Shown here piece after piece: positions 39,845 to 48,913 of a stretch of 64,000 bases of DNA. The first letter of the stretch is position 1; every line of letters starts with the position of its first letter. The notes under the pieces are model-generated. The model did not search any database. It saw only the letters and a program-made list of their open reading frames with translations, and had not been told where the DNA came from. The stretch is from NCBI GenBank assembly GCA_900545285.1, contig UQYK01000003.1, positions 2,287 to 66,286 on the forward strand, in the 5' to 3' direction. Source of the DNA: an uncultured Ruminococcus sp. Its GTDB lineage: Bacteria > Bacillota > Clostridia > Oscillospirales > Ruminococcaceae. Made by a program: the position numbers and the translations under genes.

Positions 39845-40345
39845 ATGTCTTTACAGGAAAAAGAACGTACAGAAGAACTGCGGCAGTATATGATTCCATA
39901 TCTGGAAAATGAAACCGTTTGTTCCATGGATGAATATGTACAGCATGGCACCACCTCTACCTTGCAGCATTGTCTGTCAGTGATGCGTCTCAGCTGTGCG
40001 CTTGCGTCCCAGCTGCATATCCGGGTAAATTATCATAATCTGGCAATTGGTGCATTACTGCATGACTTTTATTTGTATGACTGGCACAATCATCAGGATG
40101 AGGGACCGCTGCACGGCTTTGCGCATCCGCACATTGCCTGTCGGAATGCAGTGCTGTATTTTCAGGTGTGCCCAGAGATTCAGCATATTATTTCCACCCA
40201 TATGTGGCCGCTGACACTGCGGAACGTGCCGCGTTCCAGAGAGGCTGTCATAGTTTGCCTGGTGGACAAATACTGCTCTACATTGGAGACGCTTGCCGGA
40301 ATCTGGCACTTTGCCAGAAGCCGTTGTTTCAGAAGGGAGATATAA
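39845..40345 (+). CDS. HD-domain phosphohydrolase
   Basis: QHG..S.LQHC..V, ALLHDFYLYDWH, HGFAHP, HMWPL, VDK. Confidence 0.88.
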   Translation: MSLQEKERTEELRQYMIPYLENETVCSMDEYVQHGTTSTLQHCLSVMRLSCALASQLHIRVNYHNLAIGALLHDFYLYDWHNHQDEGPLHGFAHPHIACRNAVLYFQVCPEIQHIISTHMWPLTLRNVPRSREAVIVCLVDKYCSTLETLAGIWHFARSRCFRREI

Positions 40346-40347
40346 AA

Positions 40348-40938
40348 ATGGTAACAAGCTTAGCGGAGTATGTTCTGATCTTTTTTGCATATTCCACACT
40401 GGGCTGGTGTATGGAAATGGTTTATATGGGAGCGCGGGAAAAGCGGATTTCCAACCGTGGATTTCTGTTGGGGCCTTGCTGCCCGATTTATGGAATTGGA
40501 TTAGTCGGGATTACAGCCTTATTCCAGAACAGTCCGTATGGATATTGGATGGTATTCTTCTCGATCATTTTGCTGTGCAGTGTGTTGGAGTACTTTGTCA
40601 GCGCCCTGATGGAACGGCTATTTCATACGCGCTGGTGGGACTATCACGACATGAAATTTAACATTCACGGCCGGGTTTGCCTGGAAACCATGCTGCCGTT
40701 TGGCCTGCTGGGCACATTTGCGCTGTATCGGATCAATCCGTTTTTGATGGCGATGTATCACCGGATATCGGGGACGCTTTCTAATATGCTGGTGGCCGGA
40801 ATGCTGCTGCTATTGCTGATTGACCTGATTGTTTCGATTTCTGTATTACATACCCTGAATCTTCCGGAGGGAGAACAGGATCACACCGCCGAGATTTCCC
40901 GCCGGGTCTGGGAAGATTTGAAAAAGCGCCTGGGATAA
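40348..40938 (+). CDS. CmpB/DUF1113-family membrane protein (putative ABC permease)
   Basis: FFAYS.LGW..E, NRGFL.GP.CPIYG.G, LEY, RWWDY...FNIHGRVCL; ATG 40348 after GGGAG. Confidence 0.85.
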   Translation: MVTSLAEYVLIFFAYSTLGWCMEMVYMGAREKRISNRGFLLGPCCPIYGIGLVGITALFQNSPYGYWMVFFSIILLCSVLEYFVSALMERLFHTRWWDYHDMKFNIHGRVCLETMLPFGLLGTFALYRINPFLMAMYHRISGTLSNMLVAGMLLLLLIDLIVSISVLHTLNLPEGEQDHTAEISRRVWEDLKKRLG

Positions 40939-41086
40939 AGTGGACAGGCTTTGTGTCTGTTTCGCAGAAACAGGGTGTTTTCCCGTGTTTTTTCACAAAT
41001 TGAATAAAACTTTTTCGTGCACTTTGCGGTTCTTTGGCAGGGTGCACTTTTTTTGTGACGGCTGTGTGAAAGTTGGAAAAAACCGC

Positions 41087-41150
41087 TTGACAAATTGCAT
41101 GACAATTGTTATAATAGAACAAAGTTATTTCATAACAATGTTATGCGATA
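41087..41150 (+). promoter_or_regulatory. sigma-A promoter and probable MarR operator
   Basis: TTGACA 41087, 17 bp, TGT-TATAAT 41110-41115; inverted repeat TATTTCATAAC-AAT-GTTATGCGATA 41126-41150. Confidence 0.72.
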
Positions 41151-41169
41151 GAGCTGGAGGTGAGATGGA

Positions 41170-41664
41170 TTGGAGTGTGAAGCAAATACATTTTTTGGTG
41201 TGATGAATGCCTTTCGCAGCATCAATATGTTTTCGCTTCTGCCGCTTTCCCGGCAGGAGTATATGGTGATGTTCGTCATTTCCAAGAAGCAGGAGACGGA
41301 TCCGGAGGGGTGTACAGTGTCTGCTGTGGCAAAAAAAATGCGTGTGCCCCAGCCGGCAGTGTCCCGCACGCTGCGCGGCCTGGAAAACAACGGCTATATC
41401 CAGCGGGAAGTTTGTCGGACAGACCGCAGGAATACCTATGTGACACTGACAGAGACCGGAGAGACGGAGGTCATGAGGGCCAATCAGCTGCTGGAAGAAT
41501 TTCACAAGGGAATACGAGAGCGCTTTACACAAGAAGAAGCAGACCAGCTCATGGATCTGCTTCGTCGGCTCTGTGCGGCGGCATCCGAGGAACTGGATGC
41601 GATGAAGGCCGCAAGGGCGGCATGTACGAAAGGAGTGAAACATCCCGATGGGGAAACTTTTTAA
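41170..41664 (+). CDS. MarR-family transcriptional regulator
   Basis: VS.VA..M.V.QPAVSR.L..LE..GYI.R....DRR...V.LT..G; GGAGG RBS, TTG start. Confidence 0.9.
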   Translation: MECEANTFFGVMNAFRSINMFSLLPLSRQEYMVMFVISKKQETDPEGCTVSAVAKKMRVPQPAVSRTLRGLENNGYIQREVCRTDRRNTYVTLTETGETEVMRANQLLEEFHKGIRERFTQEEADQLMDLLRRLCAAASEELDAMKAARAACTKGVKHPDGETF

Positions 41665-43978
41665 AAACCTGAAACCGTATTGGAAATCGGTTCTGATTAT
41701 CGTTGTGCTGCTGGCGGTGCAGGCGTTTTGTGACCTGTCTCTGCCCCAGTATACCTCCGATATCATCGATGTCGGAATCCAGAACAGCGGTGTGGCGCAT
41801 ATCCTGCCGGAAAAGATTACGGCAGAAGAGCTGGAGCGCGCACAGCTTTTCATGACAGATGCAGAGCAAAAGCAGTGGCAGAATGCCTATGACGGAGAAG
41901 ACCGCAGTGCAGATCTGTCGGAAAAGGATCTGGACGAACTGGACAGCGATCTGCTGGTACCGATTCTGCTCAACTACCAGATGTCCATGATGAATGAGGA
42001 TAGCTTCCGCCAGATGCTGGCGCAGCAGCAGACCGACCCCAATGCCGCAGAGCAGATGCAGCAGATGTCCATTGCGGATATCGGCGCATCCATGGGTGTG
42101 GAACTGAAACCGTTCCAGCGTACCGAAGAGGACGATGACGGCAATGAAACCACAGTGACCTGTGTGGATGTTCGTCCGCTGTTTGCAGCAATGCAGCAGA
42201 GCGGTCAGCTCAGCGAAGAGACGATAACTGAGATGCGTTCTCAGCTGGAAGAGATGCTGGACACCATGGGCGATTCCCTGGTGCAGTCCATGGGTGTGGC
42301 CTACGCGGTACAGTGTGACAAGGATGCCGGCCTGGATGTGGATAAAATTCAGACCAGCTACCTCTGGCGCACCGGCGGAAAAATGATGGCTATGGCATTT
42401 GCAATGATGGCGGCTGCCATCTGTGTGGGCTATGTGGCATCCCGCGTGGGTGCCGGTGTCGGACGCGACCTCCGCGGCAAGGTATTCCGCCGCGTGATGC
42501 AGTTCTCCAGTGCAGAAATGGATCAGTTCTCTACAGCATCTCTGATCACAAGAAGCACCAATGATGTGCAGCAGGTGCAGATGGTAACGGCAATTTTCCT
42601 GCGGATGCTGCTGTATGCCCCGATTCTGGGCGTTGGCGGTGTGCTGAAGGTTGTGCATACCGGTGCCGGCATGGGCTGGGTTATCGTACTGGCAGTGCTG
42701 GTCATCCTGGGAATCGTCGGTGTGCTGATGTCCATTGCCATGCCGAAGTTCCAGAAGATGCAGACATTGGTGGATAAGGTAAACCTGGTGTCCCGTGAGA
42801 TTCTGACCGGTCTTTCCGTCATTCGTGCCTTTGGCCGGGAAAAGACAGAAGAAAAGCGCTTCGATCAGGCAAACCGGGATCTCACGAAAACGAACCTGTT
42901 TGTCAACCGCGTCATGACCTTTATGATGCCGATTATGATGCTGATTATGTATAGCCTGACCATTCTGATTGTATGGGTTGGCGCACACCGGGTAGACGGC
43001 GGCTCCATGCAGGTCGGCTCCATGACCGCATTTATTACGTATGCCATGATGATTGTGATGTCATTCCTCATGCTGACAATGATGTCTGTTATGCTGCCCC
43101 GTGCTTCTGTGGCAGCCGGCAGAATCGATGAAGTCCTGCAAACGGAAACCTCTGTCAAGGAGCCGGAAGCACCGAAGCATCTGGAATCCTGTCAGGGTGT
43201 GCTGCGGTTTGATCACGTCAGCTTCCGTTATCCCCATGCGGAAGAGGATGCATTGTCCGACATCAGCTTTACCGCAGAACCGGGCAAGACAACGGCCATT
43301 ATTGGCAGCACTGGCTGTGGAAAATCCACACTGGTAAATCTGATCCCTCGGCTGTATGACATTTCAGACGGCAGTCTGACCTTAGACGGCATAGAGTTGC
43401 GTCAGCTTCCGCTGGAAGATCTGCGGCGGCAGGTGGGCTTTGTACCGCAAAAGGGTGTGCTGTTCTCCGGTACCATTTCCAGCAATCTGCGCTTCGGCAA
43501 TCCGGATGCAGCAGATGCAGAGGTACAGCAGGCAGCTGCCATTGCACAGGCAACGGAATTTATCGAAGAAAAGCCGGATCAATATGAAAGCTCTATTGCA
43601 CAGGGCGGCACCAACGTTTCTGGCGGTCAGAAACAGCGTCTGACCATTGCCCGTGCAATTGCAAAGCATCCGAAAATCTTTGTGTTTGATGACAGCTTTT
43701 CTGCACTGGATTTAAAGACGGATGCGGCACTGCGAAAGGCACTGGGTGAACAGGTGCAGAACAGCACCATGATTATTGTGGCACAGCGCATCAGTACCAT
43801 TCTCCACGCCGATCAGATTCTGGTACTGGACGAAGGCAGAATTGTGGGAAAAGGTACCCACGCAGAACTGCTGCGCAGCTGTGAGGTATATCAGCAGATT
43901 GCAAAGTCTCAGCTTTCTGCATCAGAACTGGGGCTGGAAGAGGACACAGAGAAAGGAGTGGTAACAGATGACCAATGA
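41648..43978 (+). CDS. ABC exporter subunit (degenerate half) with a large extracytoplasmic insertion
   Basis: DL.LP.Y...IID.GI then about 190 aa acidic insert; SLITRSTND; GSTGCGKS, VSGGQKQR, FDDSFSALD, AQR. Confidence 0.92.
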   Translation: MGKLFKNLKPYWKSVLIIVVLLAVQAFCDLSLPQYTSDIIDVGIQNSGVAHILPEKITAEELERAQLFMTDAEQKQWQNAYDGEDRSADLSEKDLDELDSDLLVPILLNYQMSMMNEDSFRQMLAQQQTDPNAAEQMQQMSIADIGASMGVELKPFQRTEEDDDGNETTVTCVDVRPLFAAMQQSGQLSEETITEMRSQLEEMLDTMGDSLVQSMGVAYAVQCDKDAGLDVDKIQTSYLWRTGGKMMAMAFAMMAAAICVGYVASRVGAGVGRDLRGKVFRRVMQFSSAEMDQFSTASLITRSTNDVQQVQMVTAIFLRMLLYAPILGVGGVLKVVHTGAGMGWVIVLAVLVILGIVGVLMSIAMPKFQKMQTLVDKVNLVSREILTGLSVIRAFGREKTEEKRFDQANRDLTKTNLFVNRVMTFMMPIMMLIMYSLTILIVWVGAHRVDGGSMQVGSMTAFITYAMMIVMSFLMLTMMSVMLPRASVAAGRIDEVLQTETSVKEPEAPKHLESCQGVLRFDHVSFRYPHAEEDALSDISFTAEPGKTTAIIGSTGCGKSTLVNLIPRLYDISDGSLTLDGIELRQLPLEDLRRQVGFVPQKGVLFSGTISSNLRFGNPDAADAEVQQAAAIAQATEFIEEKPDQYESSIAQGGTNVSGGQKQRLTIARAIAKHPKIFVFDDSFSALDLKTDAALRKALGEQVQNSTMIIVAQRISTILHADQILVLDEGRIVGKGTHAELLRSCEVYQQIAKSQLSASELGLEEDTEKGVVTDDQ

Positions 43979-45797
43979 AAAACGGCACATGGGCGGCCCG
44001 CGGGGCAGGCAGATGCCGGTGGAAAAGGCAAAGGACTTTAAGGGTTCTATCGGAAAACTGTTTGTCTACATGAAGAAATATCATGTGGCAGTCGTTGTGG
44101 TAATCCTGTGTGCCATTGTCTCTACGGTGTTCAGTGTCATCGGCCCGGATATTCTGGGTAAGGCAACCACAGAACTGGCAAACGGACTCATGGCGAAAAT
44201 CCAGGGGACCGGAAACATCAATTTCACCAAGATCGGACAGATTCTGCTGTTTGTGCTGGGCTTGTATCTGCTCAGTACCCTGTTCAATTTTGTACAGGGC
44301 TGGCTCATGACCGGCGTAACGCAAAAGGTGTGCTACCGGATGCGAAAGGATATCTCGGAAAAAATTAACCGGATGCCCATGGCGTATTTCGAGAGCCGCA
44401 CCTACGGCGAAGTATTATCCCGTATCACCAATGATGTCGATACCCTGGGACAGAGCCTGAACCAGAGTATCACCCAGATCATCACTTCCGTTGCCACAAT
44501 GGTCGGTGTGCTGGTAATGATGCTCCGGATTTCTCCTCTGATGACATTGATTGCAGTGATTATTCTGCCAATTTCAGTGACTCTGATCTCTTTTGTGGTG
44601 AAAAAGTCACAGAAATACTTTAAGCAGCAGCAGGAATATCTGGGACACATCAATGGCCAGGTAGAGGAATCCTATGCCGGTCAGACAGTAATTCAGGCGT
44701 ACAATAAGGAAAAGGACACCGTGCGCCAGTTCCAGGAAACCAATGACACGTTGTATCATTCCGCCTGGAAATCCCAGTTCCTGTCCGGCCTTATGCAGCC
44801 GATTATGATGTTTGTGGGAAATCTGGGGTATGCCGCAGTGGCACTCTCCGGCGGCCTGCTGGCAATCCGCGGAACCATTACCATTGGTGACATTCAGGCG
44901 TTTATCCAGTATGTAAAGAACTTTACCCAGCCCATGCAGCAGATTGCACAGGTGCTCAATCAGGTACAGTCTATGGCGGCTGCAACAGAGCGTGTTTTTG
45001 AATTCCTGGAAGAAACCGAAGAGACACCCAGTGCAGAACATACGGTACAACTGGAAAATGTCCAGGGCAGCGTTGATTTTGAACACGTTTCCTTTGGCTA
45101 TAAGCCGGAACAGTGCATCATTCACGATTTCAGCGCCATGGTAAAGCCGGGACAGAAGATCGCCATTGTCGGCCCTACTGGTGCCGGAAAAACCACCATG
45201 GTAAAGCTGCTCATGCGGTTTTATGATGTAAACGGCGGTTCCATTCGGCTGGATGGCCACGACATCCGGGAGTTTGACCGCCATCAGCTGCGGGAATCCT
45301 TTGGCATGGTTTTGCAGGATACCTGGTTGTTCCAGGGAACAATTATGGAGAATATCCGTTATGGCAGACTGGATGCCACTGATGAGGAAGTCATTGCAGC
45401 AGCGAAAGCAGCGCATGCAGACAGCTTCATTCGTCAGCTTCCGGACGGCTATCAGATGGAACTGAACGAGGATGCCAGCAATGTATCGCAGGGACAAAAG
45501 CAGCTCCTCACCATTGCCCGTGCAATTCTGGCGGATAACCAGGTTATGATTCTGGATGAGGCGACCTCTTCAGTAGACACCCGGACAGAAACCTTGATTC
45601 AGAAGGCAATGGATCACCTGATGGAGGGCAGAACCAGCTTTGTCATTGCCCATCGGCTTTCCACCATCCGGAATGCAGATCTGATTCTGGTGATGAAAGA
45701 CGGCGACATCATTGAGCAGGGCACCCACGAGGAACTCCTGGCGAAGAATGGATTTTATGCCGATCTCTATCAGTCGCAGTTTGCACAGACTGCATAA
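43968..45797 (+). CDS. ABC exporter subunit (consensus half)
   Basis: 6 TM; GPTGAGKT, SQGQKQ, LDEATS, AHRLST. Confidence 0.93.
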   Translation: MTNEKRHMGGPRGRQMPVEKAKDFKGSIGKLFVYMKKYHVAVVVVILCAIVSTVFSVIGPDILGKATTELANGLMAKIQGTGNINFTKIGQILLFVLGLYLLSTLFNFVQGWLMTGVTQKVCYRMRKDISEKINRMPMAYFESRTYGEVLSRITNDVDTLGQSLNQSITQIITSVATMVGVLVMMLRISPLMTLIAVIILPISVTLISFVVKKSQKYFKQQQEYLGHINGQVEESYAGQTVIQAYNKEKDTVRQFQETNDTLYHSAWKSQFLSGLMQPIMMFVGNLGYAAVALSGGLLAIRGTITIGDIQAFIQYVKNFTQPMQQIAQVLNQVQSMAAATERVFEFLEETEETPSAEHTVQLENVQGSVDFEHVSFGYKPEQCIIHDFSAMVKPGQKIAIVGPTGAGKTTMVKLLMRFYDVNGGSIRLDGHDIREFDRHQLRESFGMVLQDTWLFQGTIMENIRYGRLDATDEEVIAAAKAAHADSFIRQLPDGYQMELNEDASNVSQGQKQLLTIARAILADNQVMILDEATSSVDTRTETLIQKAMDHLMEGRTSFVIAHRLSTIRNADLILVMKDGDIIEQGTHEELLAKNGFYADLYQSQFAQTA

Positions 45798-45824
45798 CCT
45801 AGATGTGTAACATCTCCCCAATCG

Positions 45825-45886
45825 AAAAAAAGCGGTTTTCAGCCGCCTGTCCGAAATGGCAGGGCAAGGGCTGAAAGCCGCTTTTT
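45825..45886. terminator. bidirectional terminator
   Basis: AAAAAAGCGGTTTTCAGCC...GGCTGAAAGCCGCTTTTT. Confidence 0.75.
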
Positions 45887-45905
45887 GTGTAATATGGTTC
45901 TGAAA

Positions 45906-46652
45906 TTACGGGGAGACAAAGTCCGGCGCAGATGCTTTCTGGAGCCGTCGGTTGAGCCAGTTCAGCAATTCCTCTTTGGACATGGCACCCTGGTGTGCCG
46001 GCTGTGCCAGAATGAAGTCTAAGGGTTCCAGCTCCTGAATCAGCTGCTTTAGCTTGACGGGACCTTCTTTCCACACATCATCGATCAGCTGTTGATAGAT
46101 GCAGTCTCCCAGAAATACCATGCGTTCTGACGGAACAAAGACAATCACTGTATCCCTGGCATGTGCACTGGTAACGTGCTGAAAAATACACATGCAGTTC
46201 CCCAGATCCAGCCGCATGGAGCCGGAAAAGATCAGAGAAGGGAGGGCAATCCGGATTTTCTCCGGCTCCGGAAAATGCGCCTGAATCCGCGGCACGCACA
46301 GTCGGGGCACAATGCCCTTTTCGGCATTTTCGTGCAGTGCCTCCGGTGTCCAGCGCAGACGGGATACCATTTCCAGTGAGGCTCTGGTTTCCGCACAGGC
46401 AATGGCCGGAATTTGCAGCGCATGCAGGCCGAAGCAGTGATCCCAGTGGGAATGGGTGAGAACGGTAAACTGGGGCAGCGGAAGGCCGGCCTCCCGGAGT
46501 GCCTGCTGATAGTCCCGGACATGCTCCGGGGAGTTTCCGGCATCCACCATCAGGGAAAACCGTTCACCCCGGATATAACCCAGACAGGGACGATCCTCCG
46601 CCTCCGAAAAGGGAAGCTGATAAATACGCGGTGTCAGCTGTTGTAACGGCAT
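45906..46652 (-). CDS. MBL-fold metallo-hydrolase
   Basis: DRP.LG, VDAGNS, THSHWDH, H..D, FLGD, PAH. Confidence 0.85.
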   Translation of the reverse strand: MPLQQLTPRIYQLPFSEAEDRPCLGYIRGERFSLMVDAGNSPEHVRDYQQALREAGLPLPQFTVLTHSHWDHCFGLHALQIPAIACAETRASLEMVSRLRWTPEALHENAEKGIVPRLCVPRIQAHFPEPEKIRIALPSLIFSGSMRLDLGNCMCIFQHVTSAHARDTVIVFVPSERMVFLGDCIYQQLIDDVWKEGPVKLKQLIQELEPLDFILAQPAHQGAMSKEELLNWLNRRLQKASAPDFVSP

Positions 46653-46672
46653 ATGATTTCATCTCCTATCCA

Positions 46673-47437
46673 TTATCCATGGTGCAGTACGATCAGTTCA
46701 AACAGTGCCATCCATTCCCGTACCCAGTAGGTGGGAACATACAGAGGCTTGGTGTAGGCGCTGTATGCCCAGGTTTCCAGGCCGGCCTGCTTTGCCAGAA
46801 GGCTGGCGCGGTATTCGTGAAAACCGTCTGTGATAATGACAGCCTGATTGCCCAGTTCCTGTTCTGCAAGAATGGCTGCGGAAAATTTCAGGTTTTCTTC
46901 CGTATCCTTCGACTGGTCTTCCACCAGAATGCGGCTTTCTGCAATGCCGTGTTCCACAAGCCAGGTTTTCATGGCCTGTCCTTCCGGAATATCTTCTCCG
47001 GCCCCCTGTCCGCCGGAGGTGATGCACTGAACTTCCGGATGCGCTTCCAGGTAGCTTAGCGCCGCTTCCAGCCGCCTGGTCAGCATGGCGCTGGGACGTG
47101 CGCCCCGTACCTTGCATCCCAGTACAATCACCGTGTGCGGCTGTTCCGGCTGGGAAGCAATGGTGCGCGCCATTTGTACGGACATGGCGGTGCAAAAGAT
47201 CAGCCCGGCTGCAATACACACACTGAGAACAGAAAGACCAATTTTTCCGGCCAGATGCTGCCATAGCTGTGCAATCAGATGCGCAAATTTTTGCGGAAAA
47301 ACGGTAATGAAAATCAAAAGCAGGCACACCAGTGCACCGCCCAGATTGCCGGGATTGCAGATGCGCTTATAAATCGGAGCCAGAAAGAAAAAGAGCAGAA
47401 CCAGTTCTGGAATCAGGAAAAGATAGCGGAATCGCAT
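46673..47437 (-). CDS. YdcF/DUF218-family membrane protein
   Basis: IVLG, RLEAA, SGGQG..E...EG..M, EDQS.DT.EN, TDGFH.YRA, REW; ATG 47437 after AAGGAG. Confidence 0.88.
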   Translation of the reverse strand: MRFRYLFLIPELVLLFFFLAPIYKRICNPGNLGGALVCLLLIFITVFPQKFAHLIAQLWQHLAGKIGLSVLSVCIAAGLIFCTAMSVQMARTIASQPEQPHTVIVLGCKVRGARPSAMLTRRLEAALSYLEAHPEVQCITSGGQGAGEDIPEGQAMKTWLVEHGIAESRILVEDQSKDTEENLKFSAAILAEQELGNQAVIITDGFHEYRASLLAKQAGLETWAYSAYTKPLYVPTYWVREWMALFELIVLHHG

Positions 47438-47511
47438 AGAAACTCCTTTCAGAAATTGTGTGTCGTTTCGTACCAATTAGACTTGTCTGTGAAAAATGTC
47501 AGGATATCCTT

Positions 47512-47540
47512 ATTATAATCAAAATGGAAGCGCTTGTCAA
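47512..47540 (-). promoter_or_regulatory. sigma-A promoter of the ydcF-like gene
   Basis: minus strand TTGACA, 17 bp, TATAAT. Confidence 0.75.
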
Positions 47541-47640
47541 ATGTTTCAGAGTCGGTTTGATATCTTGCAGTGCAGAAAGCACGTTTTCTAAGGGTACAAA
47601 AAAGCTGCCTTCTGGAGAAAAGTAGCTGATTGTGATATTA

Positions 47641-47801
47641 GAACCTGTCTTCACAAGCGTATACACGTGTCTTTTCGGCAAATTTTGCTGCATACTGCGT
47701 GAAAAATACTTGCCGGGCGACAGCCCGCCTGCGTATTTTTGCCTTGTCTACAACAAAATTATGCTCGAAAATCCACATATATTTCTTGTGAAGACAGGTT
47801 C
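47641..47801. mobile_element. MITE-like non-autonomous element (161 bp)
   Basis: perfect 17-bp TIRs GAACCTGTCTTCACAAG (47641-47657) / CTTGTGAAGACAGGTTC (47785-47801); TTA on both flanks; internal dyad symmetry; no transposase. Confidence 0.75.
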
Positions 47802-48305
47802 TTACTTGCGTCTGGAGCGGTTTTTCCGTTCCGTATTTCGTTTGATATCGCACATCCGTTCTTCGCTGTTCTGCTTAAAACGGGAGAGCATATCTTCAAA
47901 GGTCATTTCAGAGGGTGCCTGTTTTTTCTTCGGCTCCCAGACGTTGGCTCTGCCGCCGCGTCCGCCGCGGGGACGGCCGCCTTCGCCGCCGGGGGCATTG
48001 CCGCCGTGACCGCCGGAACGGGGCGGACGTGTATTTCGTGCAGGCGCACCGGCAGGCGCTTCTTCTGTTTGCTTCATGGAAAGGCTGATTTTCCCCTGCG
48101 GATTGGTGCCGATGACTTTTACCCGGACTTTTTGGCCTTCTTTCACAAAATCACCGATCTCATTGACATAGCTCCGGGAAATTTCGGAGATGTGCACCAT
48201 ACCGGTGGCATGCTCTCCGTCTTCCTTTTGAAACTCCACAAAAGCGCCGTATTTTGCGATGTTCTTGACGATTCCTTCATAAACTTTTCCGATTTCGACC
48301 TGCAT
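47802..48305 (-). CDS. yabR: S1-domain RNA-binding protein (YabR-like)
   Basis: EG.V..I..YGAFV, GMVHISEIS, GKISLSMK, FEDMLSRFKQ.SEERM.D; follows divIC. Confidence 0.88.
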   Translation of the reverse strand: MQVEIGKVYEGIVKNIAKYGAFVEFQKEDGEHATGMVHISEISRSYVNEIGDFVKEGQKVRVKVIGTNPQGKISLSMKQTEEAPAGAPARNTRPPRSGGHGGNAPGGEGGRPRGGRGGRANVWEPKKKQAPSEMTFEDMLSRFKQNSEERMCDIKRNTERKNRSRRK

Positions 48306-48601
48306 GTAACTCTGTTTCCCCTTCTTTTGATGGTGGCGGTATCGAATGATGTTCCCGGCAGTGCTTTTGTAAAAATAGATACCGTATTTTTATGGGAACC
48401 CGTGTAGGCAACGCGGCACAGAGCGCGCCAGATGGCTCTGTACCATGTGCTGTATTTAAGGGCGTGCTGACATTATATCTGACGTGTGCCTTTTGGGTTG
48501 ATTTCCTTCGCTTGCCGTGTGAAAGCACGCCTGCAAATTTTTGCCGAAAGCGGAGCAAAATCATCTCACAAAATTTGCCTGTCAGGATGTGTCAACGCAT
48601 C

Positions 48602-48913
48602 CTAATTTCTGGATGTGTCGTAGAAACGCAACTCATCCGGATAAGCGTAGTTGTACTCTTCCCGTGCCAGGCGTTCCATATAGCTGTCAATGTCGCCGCT
48701 GTCCAAAATCCGTTCCAGATCTTCGTTTTCAGCGGTAAGGTTGTCGATCTGTTTCTGCACCTGTGCCAGTTCCGTTTTCTTCTCCGCAATATTGGACTGG
48801 ATGGATACCACACTGACGGTACATCCGATAATTGCGACAATTACTGCGGTCCGGCTGATGACCCGAAAGATCCAGCGTGACTTTTTTTTCGGTTCCTTTT
48901 TCGTCTTAGCCAT
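48602..48913 (-). CDS. divIC: septum formation initiator (DivIC/FtsB)
   Basis: basic N-terminus, 1 TM, coiled coil, ER.ARE..Y..PDE; follows yabQ. Confidence 0.88.
   Translation of the reverse strand: MAKTKKEPKKKSRWIFRVISRTAVIVAIIGCTVSVVSIQSNIAEKKTELAQVQKQIDNLTAENEDLERILDSGDIDSYMERLAREEYNYAYPDELRFYDTSRN

Noticed and set aside
39845..40345. HD protein as part of a Cas3 or anti-phage system
   Set aside because: No helicase, cas or other defence genes nearby; motifs match the small HD proteins that accompany DUF1113 membrane proteins
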